IMG/VR virus record: IMGVR_UViG_3300037483_000245
Length of the DNA: 61,376 bases
DNA from: a virus
Strand: one strand, 5' to 3'
Positions 42,887-49,921 of the stretch are shown here, one piece after another (within the stretch, counting starts at the first letter, position 1; the number at the start of each line of letters is the position of its first letter). The position numbers and the translations under genes are program-made. Below the pieces are notes generated by a model. That model saw only the letters and a program-made list of their open reading frames with translations, had not been told where the DNA came from and did not search any database.

Positions 42887-44110
42887 CTACCAGCCGTAAT
42901 CTGTACCCTGCTCGTAGCTCTGCGAATGCGTCCATGGAAGCTCCATGTAAGGCATCAGCATGGCACGGCGGATGTTCTGTTCGATGATCTCGTTGTCGCG
43001 CACTTCCAGCAGAGATGTGTACACCGCAAACTTCTGCTCGTGGCTCTCTGCTCGTGCGATCTGGGCGTATGGATTGGGCTTCTCCGTACTTCCCGACCAC
43101 CTGGCAGCTCTTGCCAGTGCTCCCTCACGGAGAACGTAGCCGGGGATGTAGCGCGGGAGAACGCCGTTGTTGGAGGCTGGGTTGGATACTTCGATGTCCA
43201 CAATGTACCAGTATGGAAGTACCGCAGAGTTCAACTGGTGCGGGTAAAGCTCGAAGCGAGGCAGCCCTGGGGTGGCAACAGGGCGGGCACGGATGACCCA
43301 GATGTCTCCAAGGACGTAGGTCTCCGTTGGGAACGCGGCCTTCACACCTTCCTGCAGTGTTGCGGCCGCAGTAGACGTCACGACTCCACTCGTCCACGAC
43401 CCCTCATTCTTCCTCCACCTGTACTCCGCGGTACCACTAGCCCCGCCGGTTGTGATCTCGATGATGAAGATCGCGTCGTCGGCGCCGGTATAGGTGCCAG
43501 AAGATGTTGGGTCTGGTCCTGTACCGACAACCTGTACGGCTGGATAGACCTCGCCAGCGTAACTGCTGCTGTAGTCTACGCCAGAAATGCATACGGGGTC
43601 CGCTGAGTACGTGCGGTCTGGGTCATAGTAGTCGATCTCCTCCTGCGTGACGTGAAGGTGGAGCTGCCTTGCCTGTTCCGGATAGGTGATGGACAGGAAG
43701 GACTGGAAGTCGCTGGGGGCGGTGAAGTACGCTTGGAGGATGGTGTAGGAGCCACCAGACACGCCGTCTCCGGCCCACGGCTGGGACAGGGTGAGACAGG
43801 TGGGCGAGGTGACGTCCGTGATGTCGTAGATGTAGCCGTCACTGTACTTGAACTGACGGCCGATCATGGACGTGGTCCACGTCGTCCCACTGCCGTTGAT
43901 GGTGTAGGAGCTGTTGGTCGCCGTGAACGTGCCGGTCGTGTACGCAGCGGGGATGTCGATCTTGTTGCGCTTCAGACGCCATGACCAGTCCCTGCGCTCG
44001 GCAAGGTCACGGTAGGCGTCCTCGACCCACATACGTGCAAGGTCGGCACCTGCCACGGGGGCAGATGCCAACACTTTGTTCCACGTTTCTTCGAAGGATT
44101 CTCGTGCCAT
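42887..44110 (-). CDS. structural protein (407 aa)
   Basis: ORF track. Confidence 0.7.
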   Translation of the reverse strand: MARESFEETWNKVLASAPVAGADLARMWVEDAYRDLAERRDWSWRLKRNKIDIPAAYTTGTFTATNSSYTINGSGTTWTTSMIGRQFKYSDGYIYDITDVTSPTCLTLSQPWAGDGVSGGSYTILQAYFTAPSDFQSFLSITYPEQARQLHLHVTQEEIDYYDPDRTYSADPVCISGVDYSSSYAGEVYPAVQVVGTGPDPTSSGTYTGADDAIFIIEITTGGASGTAEYRWRKNEGSWTSGVVTSTAAATLQEGVKAAFPTETYVLGDIWVIRARPVATPGLPRFELYPHQLNSAVLPYWYIVDIEVSNPASNNGVLPRYIPGYVLREGALARAARWSGSTEKPNPYAQIARAESHEQKFAVYTSLLEVRDNEIIEQNIRRAMLMPYMELPWTHSQSYEQGTDYGW

Positions 44111-44131
44111 AGCAGGCAGATCTCCTTCAGA

Positions 44132-44374
44132 TTAGCGACCGATGATGAGGGCCTGACAGTTCGCCTCAGCCCCACCCGTCTGCCACGTCACAACGCCGCT
44201 GGAGATCGTTGCACCGATAGCAGCGTTGGTTGCCGAGACAGCAGAGGCATACAGCACCTGTGAGAAGCCGACGTCCTGCGTGTCCGCGTCATTGGCGATG
44301 TCAATCTGTCCGACCCAGTACCGGAGGTCGCCAAAGACACCATAGTGTGAGGTGTCCTGAGTTACAGCAGCCAT
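44132..44374 (-). CDS. hypothetical virion-module protein (80 aa)
   Basis: ORF track. Confidence 0.6.
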   Translation of the reverse strand: MAAVTQDTSHYGVFGDLRYWVGQIDIANDADTQDVGFSQVLYASAVSATNAAIGATISSGVVTWQTGGAEANCQALIIGR

Positions 44375-44434
44375 GAAAGCCTCCTTTTATGCCAGGGGGT
44401 GGAGGAGGTGAGTCCCCCACCCCACTGGATTGGG

Positions 44435-44929
44435 TTAGACAGGGTTGAGCTGCAGACGGATGGTCGCGAAACCACCACCAGCAGCCACAGTGCAAACGCC
44501 CGCACGGATGAGCAGTTCGGGCGCAACATCGACGTTGTCGGTGACCTGATTGCTCCCCGTGTGGGGAACGGACATGACACCCTTGGTACCGCTGTTGGCC
44601 TTGGTGGACTGAGCGCCACGCAGCTTCACGAACGCATACGAGCTGGTAGGAAGGGCGACCGTGATGACACCTGCCATCGAGTTACCCGTAGCACTCTCCG
44701 ACTCACCGATGGTCGTGGTGATCGTGGCCGCACTTGGCGAGAGCCAGTAGACCACGTCCTTGGCGACACCGGCGGCATCTGCAGTGGAGTCGAGCTTGAC
44801 AAGCTGATACAGCCCGTCATCGCCCGGAGGGTTGAAGACCAGTCCCTTTTCACCACCGCGATACAGCGAGGTGTCAACGAAGGTCTCAGGGTCATCGACG
44901 AACATTCCGACTTTTTCGATTCCGATCAT
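44435..44929 (-). CDS. hypothetical protein immediately downstream of the capsid gene (164 aa). Decoration role is speculative
   Basis: ORF track. Position. Confidence 0.6.
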   Translation of the reverse strand: MIGIEKVGMFVDDPETFVDTSLYRGGEKGLVFNPPGDDGLYQLVKLDSTADAAGVAKDVVYWLSPSAATITTTIGESESATGNSMAGVITVALPTSSYAFVKLRGAQSTKANSGTKGVMSVPHTGSNQVTDNVDVAPELLIRAGVCTVAAGGGFATIRLQLNPV

Positions 44930-44942
44930 TTGTTCGCCTCCT

Positions 44943-46025
44943 TTAACCGGTGATCTGATTGACTTCGTGATGGAAGCGCGGACCCGGAACGGTCAGGCAC
45001 CATGCCAGCTTGAGCTGGCCCACGAGCGAGTCGTCGTCGCGGCCTGGCTTGAAGCCAGTGAACCCGAGACCATACTCATCGTCAGTCGAGATGTAGAGGT
45101 TGATGTAGTCCGGGTTCAGCCAGAACAGGGTCTCGCCAGTGACCGACGGATAGGCCGTCAGAGGCGAGGCTGAGGTTCGGGTGGACTCGGTGATAAACTG
45201 AGCCTCTGGGCCGGTGGACGCAGCCGAGATCGCGCTGCCCGGGCAGTACCGCGACGGCAGGATGACCGTGCCCTGGAAATCAAGGCCGCGGAATCCAACC
45301 GAGGGATTCGACTCGTTGAACCGCTGCTGCGACTGGAACTTGTTCTTGATGTACGAGTAGAGCTTCGGGGTCGTCGCACCGAGCTTCGGCGCTTCGGCTC
45401 CAAAGGTCGCCGTCATCAGAGTGTCTTCCAGCGTCTCGTAGGTGATCGCCCCGCCAACCACGGTGCAGTTGCCCTTGACGGCGTCACTGTACCACTGGCC
45501 GGAGCGGGAAAGCTCACCATAGTCCGCATAGGTCGCCGCGGTCCACGCATTGGCGCTGTTGTCATTGAGCGCGACCGGGAGACCGGCGATGAGATGCTCG
45601 TAGCTTCCGCCACTGACAGCGCCGGGGAGATAGGCGGATATGGCCATGTTGGCGCCCATCGTCATCGTCGCGTTCTTCATCTTCGACTTGATGATGGGGT
45701 AGATCGCCTTCGGTCCCCGGTTGAGAACCTGCACGTCGATCTTATCGACGGTGACTCCGACATACATGTACTTCATGTCGAAGCGAAGATGCTGATCCGT
45801 CTGGCGCTCATCGGTGTTGAACTTCCCACCCTTCTGATACGCACCACCGACCAGACCACGAGCCACGAGAGGCTCGGTAATCTGAGTTCCGCCGGGAAAC
45901 GGCTTGGCATTTCCCTTGAGACGCTGGGTCAGCTCATCCTGTTGAAAGACGTTGTCAACGAGTTCGACAGCGCCTTCCTTGACATAGTCGCGGGTTGCGA
46001 CATTCAGCTGGTCAAAAGCAGGCAT
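44943..46025 (-). CDS. major capsid protein (360 aa)
   Basis: Size and position directly after the scaffold-like gene. No motif verified. Confidence 0.65.
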   Translation of the reverse strand: MPAFDQLNVATRDYVKEGAVELVDNVFQQDELTQRLKGNAKPFPGGTQITEPLVARGLVGGAYQKGGKFNTDERQTDQHLRFDMKYMYVGVTVDKIDVQVLNRGPKAIYPIIKSKMKNATMTMGANMAISAYLPGAVSGGSYEHLIAGLPVALNDNSANAWTAATYADYGELSRSGQWYSDAVKGNCTVVGGAITYETLEDTLMTATFGAEAPKLGATTPKLYSYIKNKFQSQQRFNESNPSVGFRGLDFQGTVILPSRYCPGSAISAASTGPEAQFITESTRTSASPLTAYPSVTGETLFWLNPDYINLYISTDDEYGLGFTGFKPGRDDDSLVGQLKLAWCLTVPGPRFHHEVNQITG

Positions 46026-46080
46026 TTTGATGAACCTCCTGTTTGGTTTCCCGGCGGGCCAGTGTGGCTACCCCGGGTGT

Positions 46081-46908
46081 TTAGTGTTCTGCTGCTTCGT
46101 AAAAGGCCCGGGCGAAGCGGTCGGAGAGTTCGGAGTCGGACTTGCCATGAGTTGCAACCTGCTCGGCCTCGCGCTGCTTGGTGAGCGCGTCGAACAGAGG
46201 CGATCCCCCGGTTCCTGCTCCATCATTTGGCACCGCGTCTCTGCTCATGACTTCCATGCGCAGTTCCTTGATGCGCTGCTTCTCCCACTCTTCCCGGTCC
46301 TGCTTCTCCTTCTCGACCCTCTTAGGTGCAACGAAGGCTTCATAGGCGTCGTTGAGGTCGCGGAAGCTATGATTCGAAGCCATCTTCTCGGCGACAAAGC
46401 CGTCGAAGGCGTCGATGTCAAAGTCCTCTTTGAAATCCTTCTGATGCTTCATGGCCTTGGACACTGCGAACTTGGTCAGGTTGATTGACTGCCCCTGAAC
46501 CTGATTGAGTGCGGCCTGCACGTTACGAGCCTGAACTTCGTATGCCTTCTTGAGGCTTCCGAGTTCCTGCTTCAGCTGAGCCACTTCGGCGTTGCTGAAC
46601 TGTTCTCCACTGGGACTCACATACCCTCCTGCAACCTTTTCGAAGTCTTCGATGGATCCGTACTGACTCTCGAATGATGCAGCCATCGCAAGCCGCTTCT
46701 CGTTTTCGGCGTACCAAGCATCCAGACGGTTCTGATGTGCGTCCAGTTCCTTCTGCTGCTTGGTGAGCGTTTCACGATTGGCGTCCATCTTGCGGCTGTA
46801 GTCATCCTGTCTCAGAAACCCGCTCTTGAGTTCCTTTCGTGCTGCTTCCAGATCTCCTTCGGGGAGTTTGTCCTTGAGACTGTCGAGCCATTCATCTACA
46901 TCAAACAT
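46081..46908 (-). CDS. scaffolding protein (275 aa, charged, coiled-coil-like)
   Basis: Composition rich in E/K/Q/A, and position upstream of the capsid gene. Confidence 0.55.
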   Translation of the reverse strand: MFDVDEWLDSLKDKLPEGDLEAARKELKSGFLRQDDYSRKMDANRETLTKQQKELDAHQNRLDAWYAENEKRLAMAASFESQYGSIEDFEKVAGGYVSPSGEQFSNAEVAQLKQELGSLKKAYEVQARNVQAALNQVQGQSINLTKFAVSKAMKHQKDFKEDFDIDAFDGFVAEKMASNHSFRDLNDAYEAFVAPKRVEKEKQDREEWEKQRIKELRMEVMSRDAVPNDGAGTGGSPLFDALTKQREAEQVATHGKSDSELSDRFARAFYEAAEH

Positions 46909-46948
46909 GACTTACTTCTCCTTTCGCTGCCAGCGGCTTGATTGCCAC

Positions 46949-47392
46949 CTAGCTAATTCCGAGAATAGATTGCAGGCCCTGTGGCCCTGCGGGTGCTGCC
47001 TGTGGTGCCTGCGACATACCAGCCATTCCGCCCATAGGAGCGCCGCCCATCGGAGATGGGGGCGGGGCCATGGAAGGAGGCGGCATCGCGCCAGCCTGTG
47101 GTAAACCTCCACCGCTCTGCAACTGCTGCATCGCCTGCGGGACAGTTTGTTTCAAGATTTCGAGATACTGGGCGATCTGGGGCGGGACGGCGCCAGGTAG
47201 AACATTGCCCAGCTTCTGTGCTCCCATGATCATCATCGCAACTCCCTCTAAGGCCGTTGCGGTGCTTCCTCCGCTGCCGATTCCAGGACTTCCAGCAGTT
47301 TCACCCTCGCCCATGATGGCTTGGGTGACCTGTTGGGCCTTGGGGAGCTTGGCAGGGGGCGGCGCCTCCAGATTGGGTTTATCGAAAGGCAT
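46949..47392 (-). CDS. Pro/Gly/Ala/Met-rich low-complexity protein (147 aa)
   Basis: ORF track. Confidence 0.5.
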   Translation of the reverse strand: MPFDKPNLEAPPPAKLPKAQQVTQAIMGEGETAGSPGIGSGGSTATALEGVAMMIMGAQKLGNVLPGAVPPQIAQYLEILKQTVPQAMQQLQSGGGLPQAGAMPPPSMAPPPSPMGGAPMGGMAGMSQAPQAAPAGPQGLQSILGIS

Positions 47393-47395
47393 TGG

Positions 47396-47470
47396 TTACT
47401 TGCCAGCTTTCTTGCCGCCGCCAATCTTACCGAGATTCGTCGGGGTCTTGATCTTGACGTCCTTTGCCAT
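47396..47470 (-). CDS. possible 24-aa Lys/Gly-rich peptide MAKDVKIKTPTNLGKIGGGKKAGK
   Basis: ATG after TAAGGAGACAACTC. Confidence 0.35.
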   Translation of the reverse strand: MAKDVKIKTPTNLGKIGGGKKAGK

Positions 47471-47549
47471 GAGTTGTCTCCTTACAATCGGCGGGCGTGA
47501 TTGCCCGTCTTCTATTGTCAAGTATGAATAGAAGGAAGGAGATAGTCAA

Positions 47550-47897
47550 CTACTTGACTAGTTGGCAAGAACGCAGCTCTTTGTCTATGGCTGCAAAGAG
47601 CTTTTCGCCCTGTCGGCAGATCCACTCCTCATCAAATTTGGAGCGGTCGCGCAGTTCATAAGCGACGGCGTGGAAACACTCGTGGACAATGGTGGGGGCG
47701 TTGAGATTGGTGCGGGTGAGGTAGAGGTGCCCTATGCGATATTTGGATTCGGTGAAGCGCCCTGGCGTAAAGCACGCACGGCCGCCTTCTGTACCAAGAT
47801 CGTTCGCCCACATGTCCTTGACCGAGTCCCACACGCTGACAGTGACATAGTAGCGGCGGGAGAGATTGACTCGGAAGGTGCGAATGGGTGCGGACAT
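47550..47897 (-). CDS. small HExxH zinc-metallopeptidase-like protein (115 aa)
   Basis: TIVHECFHAV motif. Confidence 0.5.
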   Translation of the reverse strand: MSAPIRTFRVNLSRRYYVTVSVWDSVKDMWANDLGTEGGRACFTPGRFTESKYRIGHLYLTRTNLNAPTIVHECFHAVAYELRDRSKFDEEWICRQGEKLFAAIDKELRSCQLVK

Positions 47898-47914
47898 GAC
47901 ACTCTCAGGATACC

Positions 47915-48097
47915 CTAACCATCCCGCTTCCTCCAGTGGTGAAGTGCTGACGTAGCATCATAGACTAGCCACCCGGTGTGGAAGATGACGTCGAACCAGT
48001 TGCGCCGTCGTACGTTGTAGACGACTCCCAAGGCGTGAAGGGCGGTGAGAGCGCCGTGGACATAGGCTCCAAGAATGTCCAAGTCGTTTGTTTTCAT
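47915..48097 (-). CDS. 60-aa two-TM membrane protein
   Basis: Internal ATG of ORF 47915..48253, just after the upstream stop. Two hydrophobic segments. Confidence 0.45.
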   Translation of the reverse strand: MKTNDLDILGAYVHGALTALHALGVVYNVRRRNWFDVIFHTGWLVYDATSALHHWRKRDG

Positions 48098-48101
48098 GAT
48101 G

Positions 48102-48851
48102 TTACACCACGCTGTAGGGGCGGGTCTTTGCAGCCTCATGGCCAATCGCCCGCTTGGTGAAGGGGGCGCTGCAGGAGAGGCAGCGATAGTGCCACTTCTC
48201 GATACCGACCTTGGTGCGATAGCGTTTGTTGATCGTGGTCGCTGAGGAGTCACAGAAGGGGCAGTTGTGGGTATCTACGGAGGCGACGTTGGGGTGGTGG
48301 GTCATGTAGGGGCGAAGGCGGAGGTAGTAGTCTTCAAGAAGCTGGACGTCGTGGCGGCAGTAGCGGGCCATGTACTTGAACGCCTTCTTGTCCCCAGCCA
48401 TGCAGTCGATCCACAGTTGGAAGTCGGTGTCAACTTTCCTGGATCCTAACAGTTTCCCGCCTACGAAATCCAACTTGTGGGAAGAGAAATAGGCGACGCG
48501 GCGAGCTTCCTTGTAGGTGTCGATTGTCTGGATTTTGTTGAGGGGAGGGAGGCGATATTCGATGAGTTTCGCCGTGATGTTGCGAAGGTCGAAGTAGTCA
48601 CCGTTCTGATGAACCAGGATGTCTACGTCTTCCAGAACTTCACGGAAGGAGGCGACGATCTCCTCTTCTGTCATATTGAGCTGAGTAAGTGTATGAATCT
48701 TCGACTTACCCAGCTCTTTCCAGCAGATCATCAGGATTTCCTTGTCCTTGACGATGTTGTTGATGCTGAAGAACTTCTGACGCAGATCCCATGCATACAG
48801 AAGCATCGGCGTCGTCTCGATGTCATACGCGACGATCTTGAGATGGTCCAT
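48102..48851 (-). CDS. DEDD 3'-5' exonuclease related to PolB-type exonuclease domains, with C-terminal zinc ribbon
   Basis: Exo I VAYDIETT, Exo II HQNGDYFDLRNI, Exo III YCRHDVQLL, plus CPFC...CLSC. Confidence 0.7.
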   Translation of the reverse strand: MDHLKIVAYDIETTPMLLYAWDLRQKFFSINNIVKDKEILMICWKELGKSKIHTLTQLNMTEEEIVASFREVLEDVDILVHQNGDYFDLRNITAKLIEYRLPPLNKIQTIDTYKEARRVAYFSSHKLDFVGGKLLGSRKVDTDFQLWIDCMAGDKKAFKYMARYCRHDVQLLEDYYLRLRPYMTHHPNVASVDTHNCPFCDSSATTINKRYRTKVGIEKWHYRCLSCSAPFTKRAIGHEAAKTRPYSVV

Positions 48852-49078
48852 TACAGGCCTTTGAGGATACGCTGCTGGAGGTACATGGCCTCGTAGACAG
48901 CGCGGTCCACCTGCTCTTCCAGACCTTCGGCGAGGAAGTCGCGTTTGTCTGTAGAGAGATCGAGGAGGCCGTATTGTGCCTCCCCTACAAGCATTCGGTT
49001 GTAGATCAGAGTGAGAACGGCTCGTGCGTCGGGGGAGTGGAGCAGAGAAAGGTCGAGGCTAAGTGGCTCATCGTTCAT
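48851..49078 (-). CDS. hypothetical protein (75 aa)
   Basis: Internal ATG after CAGGAGAAAAG, with ATGA overlap to the upstream stop. Confidence 0.5.
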   Translation of the reverse strand: MNDEPLSLDLSLLHSPDARAVLTLIYNRMLVGEAQYGLLDLSTDKRDFLAEGLEEQVDRAVYEAMYLQQRILKGL

Positions 49079-49365
49079 CTTTTCTCCTGTTTTATGGGGT
49101 CCCACATCTCTGCAATTGCACACGGGCGCATGACCCTCGTGACGCGAAGCAGGTGTTTTCCGTCGCGGGGATGGTCGTCGGCCTGAAAAACGTACATTTT
49201 ACGTTCCGTGTCCTCGTCGAAGTACTCGGCGACCACGGTACCTGGCCGGAAGTAGTTTCGTGCTGGGTTGGTCAAGCATGCTCGGTACGGTACAAACTCA
49301 GACTTGGATGACGCACAACCGTCGGCAAAGAGCACAGTGAGGAGTGCGGCAAGCAGCAACTTCAT
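49075..49365 (-). CDS. small lipoprotein, o-spanin-like (96 aa)
   Basis: MKLLLAALLTVLFADGC has a lipobox. Follows the i-spanin-like gene. Confidence 0.5.
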   Translation of the reverse strand: MKLLLAALLTVLFADGCASSKSEFVPYRACLTNPARNYFRPGTVVAEYFDEDTERKMYVFQADDHPRDGKHLLRVTRVMRPCAIAEMWDPIKQEKR

Positions 49366-49676
49366 GGCCTTTTTCTATCTTCAATCTTTTCGATGAGGCG
49401 TTTCAGGTCTCGCACGTCCACTTGAGTCTCGCTGATGCGCTCCAGTATGAGCGCGATATCCTTGTCCTGTTGGGTGACGACTGTTGCCTGCGCATCGTAC
49501 TTGATCTGCAGAGCTGAAGTTCTCCCGTCCAAGGCAGTCATGTCGTTCTTCAGATCTGCGTAGATCCCACCCACCGAGAAGATGAAAAAGATGAATGTGA
49601 GAATAGACGTCAGGTTGACCTTCTTCTCGAACTCTACCCCGGCAATGACCGGGTTTCCGTTAGGGCTTCTGGTCAT
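49362..49676 (-). CDS. N-terminal TM plus coiled-coil protein, i-spanin-like (104 aa)
   Basis: TM segment LTSILTFIFFIFSVGGIY, then a heptad-like charged region. Confidence 0.5.
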   Translation of the reverse strand: MTRSPNGNPVIAGVEFEKKVNLTSILTFIFFIFSVGGIYADLKNDMTALDGRTSALQIKYDAQATVVTQQDKDIALILERISETQVDVRDLKRLIEKIEDRKRP

Positions 49677-49833
49677 CCAATCTCTCCTTGATCTTATTGT
49701 AGTCTATCCTGAGCCTGTGGATCCAGACGGTGATGATGGTGAAACCGAGACAGGTGAGTATGAGAGTGGCTGAATGCAGGACAGCTGCAATAATCTGCCA
49801 AGTGAGCCATTCGATGAGAAGGTCAGCGGGCAT
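49660..49833 (-). CDS. 57-aa membrane protein, holin candidate
   Basis: Hand translation MPADLLIEWLTWQIIAAVLHSATLILTCLGFTIITVWIHRL... Confidence 0.4.
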   Translation of the reverse strand: MPADLLIEWLTWQIIAAVLHSATLILTCLGFTIITVWIHRLRIDYNKIKERLDDQKP

Positions 49834-49921
49834 CAGTCCATCCAGTCCCTGTATATTCGCCGCTTGCGTCCAGCGTCGCGATTCCGTTTGTGAATGAGAC
49901 TTGTGACATGGTTCGCTCCCG

